Shown here: positions 36,568-46,525 of the stretch, piece by piece
Numbering within the stretch: the first letter of the stretch is position 1
Layout of the letters: every line of letters begins with the position of its first letter
Assembly: GCA_050633245.1 (NCBI GenBank)
Contig: JBOEGD010000026.1
Location: 98,360-159,987, forward strand
Length of the DNA: 61,628 bases
Source of the DNA: Calditrichia bacterium
GTDB lineage: Bacteria > Calditrichota > Calditrichia > RBG-13-44-9 > J075
Direction: 5' to 3'
The notes under the pieces: model-generated
The model's database searches: none
Told to the model about the DNA's origin: nothing
What the model saw: the letters and a program-made list of their open reading frames with translations, nothing else
Program-made: the position numbers and the translations under genes

Positions 36568-37101
36568 TTATCTTTTCCAACCCATTCGAGCCAAAACGTT
36601 TGACTTTGTAAACTGATGAAGTAAAACACCGCCGACATGGGCTATAAAGAGTGCGATAAACAAACGCGCCATAATTCCGTGCGCCTGGCGTGGTGGAAGA
36701 TCACCGAGACCCTGGGGGATTATCGCAGTTTGGGAGCCAAACAAGGTGTCACCCAATTCGCTAATGGCCAGGATTCCGATACCACTTGCAGCAAGAACCA
36801 GCAATACTGTATACAGCAAGAAATGAACGGCCTTGAATCCAATCGCATGAAGCGGAGAGAAACCCGGTGGCAGATCCGGATTTATGTCTATCCGTTTCCA
36901 GATAACTCTTGCTATAGTGAGAAGTAATACGGCAATTCCAATTACGGCATGAATTTGGTAAATCATAACTTTTGTTGTTTCATTGTCAATGTTTTGCATC
37001 GCGAAACCCATTGGAACCATAAGAACTATTAGAATCGCACTTATCCAATGGAAAATCTGAGCCAGGCGGCCAAATTCATCTGTTGTGCTTTTCAAAGGCA
37101 T
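36568..37101 (-). CDS. Cytochrome b561 family protein
   Basis: FHW, YQIH..IG, VH.LLY, AH.......H.GGVL.H heme histidines; AAGGAGAG RBS. Confidence 0.9.
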   Translation of the reverse strand: MPLKSTTDEFGRLAQIFHWISAILIVLMVPMGFAMQNIDNETTKVMIYQIHAVIGIAVLLLTIARVIWKRIDINPDLPPGFSPLHAIGFKAVHFLLYTVLLVLAASGIGILAISELGDTLFGSQTAIIPQGLGDLPPRQAHGIMARLFIALFIAHVGGVLLHQFTKSNVLARMGWKR

Positions 37102-37156
37102 GATTCTCTCCTTTTGTTTATTATAAAGCAATATCTACTATCTGTTTTCTCGTATG

Positions 37157-37918
37157 TTATTGCGCGATCACCTTGTAAAGCGAAGGATAGGCAGTGTAAG
37201 GAATCTTTCCCCCTATCTGTCGGAACTCTTCATTGCTTACCGCAGTTTGAAAGTCCTTTGCGCTGGCCCACACTGCGACATTGATAAAGCGGAATGCTGT
37301 CTCAGATATACTTTGGTGAAGTGCTGTATCTATATATCCTTTTTGTTTCTTTAAGTATAATTCAGCGGCATGCCAACCACTTATAAACTTGTCATCTGCA
37401 TCAGCTGGAATATCCTTGAATGGATTGATCAGAAAGACGATGTCTTCTGCAAGGTATTGAGCATGAAACTCAGCTGGAGCTTTTTTCTCTGGTATAGGGA
37501 TAATTTGGAATAAGGAGGGAGTTCCTTGTGCCTTGGTTTCTTTTAGTTCTAAACGAATGGGTTGAAACGCTTCGGAACTGGTGGCGGTCTTGAAATCTTT
37601 GGGTGAATTCCAAACAGCAATATTAATGTATTGAAATCTTGCTGTTGGATCGATGCTTTGCCTCAGGGCAGTAGATACAAAACCCTCTTGTTCCCGTAAA
37701 TAATCTGCTGCAGCTTTCCACCCTTCAACAAAACCATCTTCATTCTCTGCAGGGACTTCAAATAAATTAATAAGCACTACAGGGTTTTGTTTCTGCTGCT
37801 CGTTTTTCATGTTTTTCTCTGTGGGGTTATCGGTAGAGGTTTTAGTGTTAGTACACCCTAACTGCAATGTCAGAACGACAAAAAGTCCTATGGCAAGTAG
37901 AGTAACATGCTGTCTCAT
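37157..37918 (-). CDS. Lipoprotein with two antibiotic-biosynthesis-monooxygenase (ABM) domains
   Basis: Lipobox QLGC; duplicated LIN.F....D.F..GW.AA..YL..Q.G...TAL.QSI.....F..IN.AVW.S.KDF.TA. Confidence 0.85.
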   Translation of the reverse strand: MRQHVTLLAIGLFVVLTLQLGCTNTKTSTDNPTEKNMKNEQQKQNPVVLINLFEVPAENEDGFVEGWKAAADYLREQEGFVSTALRQSIDPTARFQYINIAVWNSPKDFKTATSSEAFQPIRLELKETKAQGTPSLFQIIPIPEKKAPAEFHAQYLAEDIVFLINPFKDIPADADDKFISGWHAAELYLKKQKGYIDTALHQSISETAFRFINVAVWASAKDFQTAVSNEEFRQIGGKIPYTAYPSLYKVIAQ

Positions 37919-37969
37919 AATTATCTCCTGAATTGATCCGATTTTTAAGATCTGGTTAATTATTTTCTT

Positions 37970-38000
37970 TGCTGTTGCAACAGCAGTTGTTGTAACAACA
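37970..38000. promoter_or_regulatory. Candidate MarR operators
   Basis: Perfect palindrome TGCTGTTGCAACAGCA plus adjacent GTTGTTGTAACAAC; related to the site upstream of marR. Confidence 0.6.
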
Positions 38001-38016
38001 AAAAATACAAAAAAAA

Positions 38017-38469
38017 CTACATTAAATTATTCGTTATTTGAATCATTAGCTTTCGAAGTTTCTTTAAATCAGCGCCTGATATATGTTCGAATGCCTCCTC
38101 GCGGACAGCAATAGAGAGAGGTTCTATTTGAGCCTTAATCTCTTTACCCTTATCCGTAAGATAAATCAGATACTTTCGGCGGTCATTTGGATCAGCTTTC
38201 CTAATAACCAACTGTTTCTTCTGCATCACATCTAATATTCGAGTAACATTTGGTCTGTCCTTTTCCAATATCTTTGCCAATTCTATCTGTGATAAACCAT
38301 CCGTCTCATCTAATTGCTGTAGGATAGCCCAATGGTTTGTTGTTATCCCCAGTTCTTTTTCATTAATGGCCTTCTGCATGGCATGCTTTAAACCCCAGGC
38401 TGTCCGGTTTATTAGATAGCCGAGATTATGATCCAGCTTTGTTTTCCTGGAGTCCTGATTGTCGTCCAC
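38017..38469 (-). CDS. MarR family regulator
   Basis: LSQ.ELA..L.KD.PNVTRILD, D..DRR...I.LT.KG. Confidence 0.95.
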   Translation of the reverse strand: MDDNQDSRKTKLDHNLGYLINRTAWGLKHAMQKAINEKELGITTNHWAILQQLDETDGLSQIELAKILEKDRPNVTRILDVMQKKQLVIRKADPNDRRKYLIYLTDKGKEIKAQIEPLSIAVREEAFEHISGADLKKLRKLMIQITNNLM

Positions 38470-38513
38470 GAAGGTTACCAGTTCTTGAGTTATGTTTTGT
38501 TGTTGTCTTTATT

Positions 38514-38530
38514 GTTGTTGTAGCAACAAC
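38514..38530. promoter_or_regulatory. Candidate MarR autoregulatory operator
   Basis: GTTGTTG-tag-CAACAAC palindrome upstream of marR. Confidence 0.6.
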
Positions 38531-38818
38531 CAATGTTAACAAATATAAACTTTCTTGTCAAGAGGTTCAAAATATTAATGTTTGCTATTAATTGAACAGC
38601 CTGAATTATTTATCGGGAAGCAAGGTTATAAAATAGTAGGTTAAGCCAATTAGAAAAGGAGACGGTTGAAGAGATTTCTCATGATTGATCGTGGCTACAG
38701 TGTTGCTCAGGAGTTTCAGCGGCTACCCGCTCTTCAATTAGTAACTCTAATAAAGAGCGCGCTTTGATATTTGTTAAAGTACTTCGAGGATTTTTTATTC
38801 AATTAACGTACACTGGCA

Positions 38819-39295
38819 CTATTTGTCCCAATTTGCTTCACACTTTGCCAGATTCTCCGCAAAGTTGGCTTTCCATTCAGTCTTTACATCTTCACCATTA
38901 AACAGATACAGTTTATGGTCAATGATCTCGAATGAATTTGCGCTGCTATTAGCCGTAAACCCCTTACTGACTGCAAATGCACAAAACCCGCCAAATTGCG
39001 GTGCGAACTTTTCAGGATTATTAATAAAAAGATTTTTATTCTCTTCCGAAGAAAAATACCAGGCAGCATCTCGCCAGCTATAGGTATGTTTCTCATCTCC
39101 AATAACCGCCATTTGTTTCGTAAAGTACGCAACCGGGTCATATCCATTAATTGCCTCATTCGAGAACATGGGTTGGTTGATTTCATTGTGTGCCCATGAT
39201 AGTGGAGAAACTCTTTCAATCTTTGCAAAAGTATATGCCAGTCCAATCAGACCAATTAGCACCACAGCAATTATCTTCATTCTTTTTGACTTCAT
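38819..39295 (-). CDS. YHS-domain (seleno)protein family member, Cys form
   Basis: AINGYDPVAYF, W.F.SEEN...F..NPEKFAPQFGGFCAFAV, KLYL. Confidence 0.9.
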   Translation of the reverse strand: MKSKRMKIIAVVLIGLIGLAYTFAKIERVSPLSWAHNEINQPMFSNEAINGYDPVAYFTKQMAVIGDEKHTYSWRDAAWYFSSEENKNLFINNPEKFAPQFGGFCAFAVSKGFTANSSANSFEIIDHKLYLFNGEDVKTEWKANFAENLAKCEANWDK

Positions 39296-39516
39296 CCGTT
39301 AATTTCTCCTCGCTGAATCCAGTTTTCGTCGGCCCTCTTAACGCGGCTTGGCAATATTCTGAACAATATTTTTGCAATAGGATTTGAAAAGCTGTAGGTC
39401 TTACCTCCAATTGTGGAGGAATAGCTACTTCCCTCTACATCCATCTTTCCAAGGCTCACAGCAAATGCACAATGCCCGTTATACTCAGCGGTATGATTCT
39501 TCTTTGTCTGTTCCAT
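39292..39516 (-). CDS. Small protein resembling the C-terminal half of the YHS (seleno)protein
   Basis: EYNGHCAFAVS.G...GKTY.F...RADENW; overlaps the downstream start. Confidence 0.75.
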   Translation of the reverse strand: MEQTKKNHTAEYNGHCAFAVSLGKMDVEGSSYSSTIGGKTYSFSNPIAKILFRILPSRVKRADENWIQRGEING

Positions 39517-39517
39517 A

Positions 39518-39874
39518 TCAGTTTATTCCCTCCATCTGCTTAACAGGACGAACTTCGATAACACCATCGGCATCCTCAAACATTGGGTTGGCTTTGGCAA
39601 TTTCAATCGCCTCTTCAAGATCATTTGCCAAAATATGAAAGTAGCCGACGATTACTTCCTTTGATTCAACAAAGGGACCGTCTTTGAACACGCCTTTATT
39701 AACTCGAATCATTGCACCCGACGTATCCAATGGCTGTGCCTCTTTTAGCCTGTTCTCCTGCATTAATCCGGCAATATACTTCCCTACCTTTTGAACGTGA
39801 GCCTGCTGTTGTTCTGGTGATGAATTTGCTAAATGATCGCCTTTGGTCTTAATAAATATCATAAATTCATTCAT
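39518..39874 (-). CDS. YciI/DGPF family protein
   Basis: DGPFVESKE.I.GY, EA.EIAK..P, IEVRP; AGGAGG RBS. Confidence 0.9.
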   Translation of the reverse strand: MNEFMIFIKTKGDHLANSSPEQQQAHVQKVGKYIAGLMQENRLKEAQPLDTSGAMIRVNKGVFKDGPFVESKEVIVGYFHILANDLEEAIEIAKANPMFEDADGVIEVRPVKQMEGIN

Positions 39875-39924
39875 TGGCTTTACCTCCTGCTTTCATGATC
39901 GATAAATCAGATACTTTATTATAA

Positions 39925-39951
39925 GTCAATTAGAAAAAGGAAATAGGGACA
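39925..39951 (-). promoter_or_regulatory. Possible ECF42-type promoter for the YciI operon
   Basis: TGTCCC-N17-TGAC on the minus strand, resembling the TGTCGA...CG(A/T)C consensus; weak. Confidence 0.35.
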
Positions 39952-39973
39952 CGAATTATTTAAAAAATCGAAA

Positions 39974-41236
39974 TTATCCTTCGTATTCAGCAATCTTATT
40001 GATTACGAAAGATCTACTCTTTTCATTTTGGGTAAGGGGGAGGGCTTTCTTAAGAAGGGTAATGGCTTTCATCGGTTCGTTATTCTGATAATAAAGTTCA
40101 GCCTTTGAAGTGTAATACGGTAGGTAGGCTCTGAGGGAGGTTTTAGCTTTTATTTTGTCAATTTCTAGTAGAGCATATTGTGCATTTGTTATTTTAGAAA
40201 TAACAATAGCCCTATTTAGAAGCACGATTGGAGAACTGTCAATCTCTGCCAGGCTGTCGTAAAGAGATAAAATATTCTCCCAATCCGTATCTTTAAAACT
40301 TTTTGCAGTGCAGTGATGAGCCGATATAGCGGCAAGAATATGATAAACAGAGACTTCTCTGGGATGTAAAGAGCGGTCTAAATAGGCGAGCCCTTTGAGG
40401 ATTAATTCCCTATCCCATTTGTCTCTATCTTGATGTTCTAGATCAATTATGTTGTCAAAATTGTCTATTCTGGAGTTAAACCTGGCTGCGTTTAAAGACA
40501 TCAAAGCCAATAGTGCATATACACTTGAAGTTGGGATTAATTTAGAATTGGATGCAATTATTTCTGCCAGCCGAATGGCTTCTTCACATAACTCAAACCT
40601 AATTAGATCAGTACCGCTTGATGAATGATATCCTTCATTAAATAGTAGATAAACCGTTTCAAGAACACTCATCAATCTTTGCGAAAGATCTTTGCCGACA
40701 GGGACTTCAAAAGGAACATCAGCCTCCCGAATCTTGCTACGTGCTCTTACCAACTTTTTGTTTATGTTGTCGTTTGAGGTTAGAAAAGCACTCGCGATTT
40801 CGGAAATACTAAACCCGCAGAGTGTTTTAAGGGTGAGTGCGACTTGTGAGTCTGGGGATATGGAGGGATGGCAACAGGTAAACATCATCCGCAATTGATC
40901 ATCGGCAATTTCTTTATCTGTAAAAATAGTCGACTCTGGTTCGTATTGATCAGAAAGGATCTGTTCTGAGTGGACATCGCTCTTATACTTTTCACGTTTG
41001 AGAATATTTAATGCCTTGTACCTTGCTACTTTATATAGCCAGCCAGCCGGATTGTTGGGAATTCCCTTGTACGACCACTGATTGACAGCTTCGAGCATTG
41101 CCTCCTGCACAACGTCTTCGGCCAGTTGGATATTGGATGAACTAAACGTCTTCGTCAAGACAGCAACCATCTTTCCGTACTCATGCCGAAATAAATGGTC
41201 GATGCTTTCCGGAACATTTGTTGAATTTATGGTCAT
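39974..41236 (-). CDS. ECF42-like sigma factor with DUF6596/TPR extension
   Basis: AEDVVQEA, DDQLRMMFTCCHP, L.LKTLCG, YLLFNEGY, L..QDR.KWD; next to a DGPF gene. Confidence 0.9.
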   Translation of the reverse strand: MTINSTNVPESIDHLFRHEYGKMVAVLTKTFSSSNIQLAEDVVQEAMLEAVNQWSYKGIPNNPAGWLYKVARYKALNILKREKYKSDVHSEQILSDQYEPESTIFTDKEIADDQLRMMFTCCHPSISPDSQVALTLKTLCGFSISEIASAFLTSNDNINKKLVRARSKIREADVPFEVPVGKDLSQRLMSVLETVYLLFNEGYHSSSGTDLIRFELCEEAIRLAEIIASNSKLIPTSSVYALLALMSLNAARFNSRIDNFDNIIDLEHQDRDKWDRELILKGLAYLDRSLHPREVSVYHILAAISAHHCTAKSFKDTDWENILSLYDSLAEIDSSPIVLLNRAIVISKITNAQYALLEIDKIKAKTSLRAYLPYYTSKAELYYQNNEPMKAITLLKKALPLTQNEKSRSFVINKIAEYEG

Positions 41237-41248
41237 AGTAGACCTTCC

Positions 41249-41929
41249 CTAAAAATGAAAAATCAGGCCGAGTAAGAATTGTTGCTGACTTGGTTCAACA
41301 TCAAAGCGTGTTAAAGAGGCATCCGTTGGGATCGTGCCGAAGTCTATTGCGCTGAGATCATGCCCACCAAGATATTTAAAGGAGGTACGCATACTCAGTT
41401 TGGCCAGGACTGAGAACTCCAGACCTCCACCGAATTGCAAGGCGCCAAATGTTTCTGTCCCTGCACCTCCCTCAAATTGGTCTAACGGTACGTTATCGAT
41501 ACGTACCGACTGCCTGTTTACGGAATACCCGACGTTGCCGTATATCAGAATTTTCTTGACTACGAGGTAGCCGGTACGAATATCAAGGCCAACACTGATG
41601 TCTCGCCTTAGATCCAATTCTGCAAATCCGGTTACGGCAGGATCAAAGGTATACGGATTTGGAACGGAAGCAAAGTGGAATGATAGTTCAGAGCCAACTA
41701 CCCATTTTTTATCAGTGTGATTATATCCAAATAAGGCGCTATATCCTAAGCCACCCCGCCCTGCCGGGTCATTGACGCCATCAAACGTTATTTGGGTATT
41801 ATAGCTATTTGTACCTACTTCGAAGCCACCGTAAAACGTCGAGAAATAGTTAGTTGGATAATCCTGTGCATGTGTTACGGTGGAAAGAAGAACGATAGCG
41901 GCGATGGTAAAGACATAATGATATTTCAT
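41249..41929 (-). CDS. Outer-membrane beta-barrel protein (Omp25/porin-like)
   Basis: Signal peptide from ATG 41929; FYGG, GYN, R.GY, GGGLE, terminal FHF. Confidence 0.8.
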   Translation of the reverse strand: MKYHYVFTIAAIVLLSTVTHAQDYPTNYFSTFYGGFEVGTNSYNTQITFDGVNDPAGRGGLGYSALFGYNHTDKKWVVGSELSFHFASVPNPYTFDPAVTGFAELDLRRDISVGLDIRTGYLVVKKILIYGNVGYSVNRQSVRIDNVPLDQFEGGAGTETFGALQFGGGLEFSVLAKLSMRTSFKYLGGHDLSAIDFGTIPTDASLTRFDVEPSQQQFLLGLIFHF

Positions 41930-42165
41930 ATCCTGAGCCTTTTGATTTTTCCCTGTCTTTTTAACTATAACGGCCGGCCGTTCAATTGAGTTTCGCGATT
42001 CTAACAAAGCCGTACCACTTTATTGGAAAATATGGAAGCAGTATCAACTATGAAACTTTTTGTGGTCAAATTATTGTACACGATGCTCATCGTGAAAAAA
42101 AATATGCTTTTGGATTGGAGTTCGTCTATGGACAAAGCATATTGATTTTTATGATATATTGCAGA

Positions 42166-42978
42166 ATGGAAAAAATGAAAAAATTCTTATTATTCTCGAC
42201 GATATATTTTCTGAGTTTTTATGGTGCTTACGGCCAAACAAATCTAAGCGATCCTTTTTTGAAGTGTAAGCTTGATGGGAGTATTACCATCTATGACTAC
42301 AGCGCTGCGAAGTGGATATCGAGCGATATTGCCGATAGTAGCTTTCCAACATTACCGGCGTCCACCTTTAAAGTTGTAAATACTTTAATTGCTCTGGAAT
42401 CGGGTGTTATAGCAGATGAAAACGAGATTGTCAAATGGCCCGGATCTACAGATACGCTGAGATATGGCTATAGACTTGGGATTTACCATGATATGAGCAT
42501 GAAAGAGGCATTTAAGGTCTCCGCGGGGTGGGTTTATGTTGAACTGGCTAAAAAAATTGGAAAAGAAAGCTATAAGAGATATCTGACCGAAATCGGTTAT
42601 GGTAACTCAGACCTCTCGATTGACGACCCTGACTTCTGGAATTTCGGTAACTTTGCGATTTCGCCGGCAAATCAGATAAAGGTATTAATCGGGGTCTACG
42701 AAGAAACCTTACCGTTCAAAAAAGAATCCTTCAAGATCCTAAAAGATATGATGATTGTCGAGCAGGGCGATAGCTACACCTTACGAGCTAAAACCGGCTG
42801 GACGAGAGACGGCGGCATGGATACCGGCTGGTGGGTTGGCTATGTTGAGAAGAAGGACAATGTGTACTTCTTTGCAACGCGGCTAATAAAACCCCGCGAT
42901 GTTATCAATAAAAACTTTGGTAGCTGCCGCAAGCAAATTACCCGCACAATTTTGAGTCAAATGGGTGTGCTTAAATAA
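42166..42978 (+). CDS. blaOXA: Class D beta-lactamase-like (OXA) protein
   Basis: PASTFK, YGN, FW, ISP..Q, AKTGW, GWWVGYVE; signal peptide from ATG 42166 or 42175. Confidence 0.85.
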   Translation: MEKMKKFLLFSTIYFLSFYGAYGQTNLSDPFLKCKLDGSITIYDYSAAKWISSDIADSSFPTLPASTFKVVNTLIALESGVIADENEIVKWPGSTDTLRYGYRLGIYHDMSMKEAFKVSAGWVYVELAKKIGKESYKRYLTEIGYGNSDLSIDDPDFWNFGNFAISPANQIKVLIGVYEETLPFKKESFKILKDMMIVEQGDSYTLRAKTGWTRDGGMDTGWWVGYVEKKDNVYFFATRLIKPRDVINKNFGSCRKQITRTILSQMGVLK

Positions 42979-42979
42979 G

Positions 42980-43486
42980 CTATGGTTTAACCCGTTTGAG
43001 ATCATATTTGTCCATCGCAGTGTTCCAACCACCGGTTACGATTTCAGCCGGTGGCTCTTCAAAACTTTTTAGCACGCCCAGGAATAATGAGTCTGATTTA
43101 AACTGAAAAATGTTAACCACTACGCTTCCGATGTGGTCGTTGGAATTATTTCGGGTGATGGTTGCATGCAGCTGTCTTTGCATGCCGGAGTCGATAAGTG
43201 TGAATACCGTCTCATACCAAAACTGATTATCTTTATTTTCTGAGGGTTGACGATAGGTTAGAGTATCATTGCTAATTGTAATGGTGCACGGTCCACCCGG
43301 GCCTTGTCCTTCCCAAACTCCCTGTAGACGATCCATATCTGACATTACCATTACCGGAACTTCCTTGGCCGGAGTCTCCACAGCCGGTGTATCTTTAGCC
43401 GGAGTTTCCTGACATGCGATAAAAAAAGCAGTACAGATGAAGGGCGATATAATCAGCAATAACCGATAGCTTATTTTGTGCATCAT
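42980..43486 (-). CDS. Hypothetical lipoprotein (lipocalin-like LQG.W motif)
   Basis: Lipobox FIAC; ETPAK repeats; LQGVWE. Confidence 0.7.
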   Translation of the reverse strand: MMHKISYRLLLIISPFICTAFFIACQETPAKDTPAVETPAKEVPVMVMSDMDRLQGVWEGQGPGGPCTITISNDTLTYRQPSENKDNQFWYETVFTLIDSGMQRQLHATITRNNSNDHIGSVVVNIFQFKSDSLFLGVLKSFEEPPAEIVTGGWNTAMDKYDLKRVKP

Positions 43487-43700
43487 TTGTAAACCTGACT
43501 TTGAGTTGGGTTACTCTAATATCTTTGGATTTGTCTTTACTCTATAGACTCAGAATAGGTACTGATAGCATCGATTGCAATAGAAGAATTGGTAAGGTAT
43601 CTAATTCACCTCCCACAATTGGGAGGTTTACTGTCTGTGCTATTTTCTCTTTGTTACAGTAGTTTTTAGAACGTTCTAAATTCCGGAAGCAGGCGTGATT

Positions 43701-44102
43701 CTAGCTCAACATATGTACTAAACAGAATACATTGACCACACTGAAGATGATTTCGGCAGTGGTGCCTTGAACCAGTTCTTGATTGGGTTTCCCGTCTAAA
43801 CCCAGACTGAGTGACCGCCCAATTGCAAATCCAAGGAAAATAAGGACTGCGACAATAAATGATGTTAATCTAATTTCAGGAATGATCGTTCCAAGCAGAA
43901 TAATGATTCCCCCCAAAACCAGGACCGCGCTTACCCCTCTTATCTCGTTTAACATATCGACATCGTCTTCCAGTTTAATACCGGAATTCTCCAAGTAGGT
44001 TTTTACAAAATATGCTTTTATAGGTGTAATCAATCGCATCATGCCGGCAAAAGACAACATGAGACCCGATAAAAAAAGGACGACAATTTTAAAGATTTCC
44101 AT
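43701..44102 (-). CDS. DUF4345 family membrane protein
   Basis: LNEIRG, GR.LS..LDG.P, E motif; AAGGAG RBS before ATG 44102. Confidence 0.85.
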   Translation of the reverse strand: MEIFKIVVLFLSGLMLSFAGMMRLITPIKAYFVKTYLENSGIKLEDDVDMLNEIRGVSAVLVLGGIIILLGTIIPEIRLTSFIVAVLIFLGFAIGRSLSLGLDGKPNQELVQGTTAEIIFSVVNVFCLVHMLS

Positions 44103-44158
44103 TTTTTCTCCTTTGAAAATATGAACATGAAATACTATCATTTGCATTTTTAGATAAT

Positions 44159-44824
44159 TTATTTATCATCCTGTTTTTGAGATACTTCTAATCCTCGCAG
44201 AATGATTTCAATACCTGTTGCCAGGTCTTGTTCAAAATTTGTTCTTAGCTCTTTAAACTCTTCCATGTCATATATTTTTTTAAGCGCATAGTTTTCTGTA
44301 GAAGCCGCCCAGTAGTTGTTGGTCGCGGCAAAGCTAAGGTTTAGATATTTAAACGCTTCCCGGATGGTTAGCTTTGGATAAATTCGGCAGACCTCAACTG
44401 CAATTTCGTAGAGCCTGGTCATGGCTACTTTCTTAAAGTCAAGTAGCTGTTCGAATGAGCTATTTCTTTCGAGAGAGATAAAGAGAAGTGGTGTAAGGTC
44501 GAGAAATTGGGCATGAGCTTTCATTGACCTTACATAGGCGTTTGCAAACCGGTCGATCCTCACACCCTGATCAAGTTGTTGCAATTGTCCGAGACAATCA
44601 TTAACCCACTTTTCAAATAGATCCGAAAAGATATTCAAAAATATTTCTTCCCTGGAGGAAAAGTAGCGATATAGGTTTGACTTGGTAAAACCGGCTTCAG
44701 CCGCAATTCCATTGAGGCTCACGTTCTCATACCCATCTCTTTTAAAAAGAGTGAATGCTGCAGCATATATGGCGTCTCTTCTTTCCCTCTTTTTATCATC
44801 TGTTCTTGCTCGCTGCCAATCCAT
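44159..44824 (-). CDS. TetR family regulator
   Basis: WQRAR...K..R...I..AA, IA.EAG.TKSNLYRYFSSREEIFL. Confidence 0.95.
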   Translation of the reverse strand: MDWQRARTDDKKRERRDAIYAAAFTLFKRDGYENVSLNGIAAEAGFTKSNLYRYFSSREEIFLNIFSDLFEKWVNDCLGQLQQLDQGVRIDRFANAYVRSMKAHAQFLDLTPLLFISLERNSSFEQLLDFKKVAMTRLYEIAVEVCRIYPKLTIREAFKYLNLSFAATNNYWAASTENYALKKIYDMEEFKELRTNFEQDLATGIEIILRGLEVSQKQDDK

Positions 44825-44835
44825 GTGGCACTCCT

Positions 44836-44883
44836 AAGTGTCCAGTGGTCTCTTATTTTAAAATAAGAGACTTGTGGTCTCTT
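44836..44883. promoter_or_regulatory. Candidate TetR operators
   Basis: AAGAGAC-N5-GTCTCTT (44865-44883), a degenerate copy at 44836-44854, and a perfect 24-bp palindrome bridging them (44848-44871). Confidence 0.7.
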
Positions 44884-45033
44884 GTCAACAGTAAAAAATT
44901 ATTTACAGATTTAAGGCGAATAATAAGACCGTTGAATCATCTCATAGATTTGGTGTATTAACCTAAATAAAACTATTCATCAATTAGGTTGTCGTTTATA
45001 TTGAATTCAATTTGTGTTCATCAGTAGCGAGGT

Positions 45034-46464
45034 ATGATGCAAAGCCTTACTGTAAAATTATCTCATGTTGATACGATGTTGAAGACGAGGGAAGCAAAAG
45101 TCTTAACCTGGGCTTTGGGTTCAAGACTGGTATTCTTTTCTATCTTTATCGTTTTGTTGATCCTGCACCTTTTGGATCTTATTAGTCCCGGGGTTGTTGC
45201 GCAGGATACAAACGATGCCCTTATAATGCTGGCAATTTTAGTTGTTGCAGTCATATTTATTTCGCTGGGGATGATATTTTCAAGGCGTGAACAGCATCTT
45301 TATACTATTGGTATTGCATCTATCCTGCTTGACCTGATAATCCTTGCCCTGCTTCCCTATGTGTGGTATCGGCTGGTCGATATGCCAGGTGATTCGCCTG
45401 CTTTCTTAATGAAAAACGAACTGATTACATATTCGATTGTTGTTATGATTATCAATAGCGTCTCGCTGCGGCCATTATATCCGTTACTGATGGGAATAGG
45501 TGCCATAGCCATACATGTTTTTATCATGTGGTGGGTCTTATCGGATCCCCAGATAGTTGTTACATCTAATTTTATGGAGCATTTTTATACACAGGCTGTT
45601 AATCCGGGGATCTTCTATAATCGCATTATTGTTTTGGCACTTGTGGCATGCTTTTTAACATTTTTGACATGGTTTTCCCGACAAACCATTGAAGATGCCA
45701 TAGAGCTTGAGGTTCATAACTTTGAAATAAAAGAACAGCAGGCTCAACTTTTACACGATAGTAAAATGACGGCCATGAGTGGATTGGTTGCCGGTGTCGT
45801 TCACGAAGTAAACAATCCGCTTGGTGTTGTAAAAAGCAGCTTGGCTACATCTGAAAAGTGTGTTAACAGGCTTGAAGGTGAAATACAGAATGGTTCTGAT
45901 AACCCGCGAGTTGATCGTCTGTTTCAGCTCATGAGAGATAATAGTAGCCTCGCGAACCAGGGTGTAGAAAGAATTTCCGGCCTGGTATACTCTTTGAAGG
46001 GATTTTCGAGATTAGACGAAGCGGAGTCGCAAATCACTGATCTGCGAAAAGATCTGGATACCGTTCTGACCCTGGTGGATCAGGGGATAAAGGGAGATGT
46101 TGAGATTCTTCGGGAATATGACTCCATTCCGGGTATAGAATGTAAACCACGCGAGATTAACCAGGTCTTTATGACCATTATTCTGAATGCTTTTGAGGCA
46201 ATGAATGGAACCGGCACACTGTCAATTAAGGGAGAGGTTGCCAGGGAGCGTATGCTTATTGAAATTGCAGACTCCGGACCGGGTATACCGGAAAACGTGA
46301 TGTCCGGTTTATTTGAAATCGGAATTTCGTCAAATAAAGGCCGGATGTCGATGGGGCTTGGATTGCCCCTGGCATATAAGATTATTAAGGAACATGGTGG
46401 GGAGTTGACCGTTGAGAGCCAGCCTGATGATGGCACTACATTTACGATCTCTCTGCCCATTTAA
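45034..46464 (+). CDS. Membrane sensor histidine kinase (NtrB-like), orphan
   Basis: About 6 TM segments; GVVHEVNNPL, NQVF...I.NA..A, DSGPGI, GLGL. Confidence 0.9.
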   Translation: MMQSLTVKLSHVDTMLKTREAKVLTWALGSRLVFFSIFIVLLILHLLDLISPGVVAQDTNDALIMLAILVVAVIFISLGMIFSRREQHLYTIGIASILLDLIILALLPYVWYRLVDMPGDSPAFLMKNELITYSIVVMIINSVSLRPLYPLLMGIGAIAIHVFIMWWVLSDPQIVVTSNFMEHFYTQAVNPGIFYNRIIVLALVACFLTFLTWFSRQTIEDAIELEVHNFEIKEQQAQLLHDSKMTAMSGLVAGVVHEVNNPLGVVKSSLATSEKCVNRLEGEIQNGSDNPRVDRLFQLMRDNSSLANQGVERISGLVYSLKGFSRLDEAESQITDLRKDLDTVLTLVDQGIKGDVEILREYDSIPGIECKPREINQVFMTIILNAFEAMNGTGTLSIKGEVARERMLIEIADSGPGIPENVMSGLFEIGISSNKGRMSMGLGLPLAYKIIKEHGGELTVESQPDDGTTFTISLPI

Positions 46465-46525
46465 TACGCATCGTTTTCTCCGCCTATATGACAAATAATT
46501 TTATGCATGTACTTAGCTTGTTTTA

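Noticed and set aside
36314-36616. 100-aa plus-strand ORF
   Set aside because: TTG start without RBS, overlaps the cytochrome b561 3' end, and spans repeat-like DNA
41986-42165. 60-aa N-terminal extension of the OXA-like ORF
   Set aside because: The signal peptide starts at Met61/64; the extension overlaps the divergent promoter region
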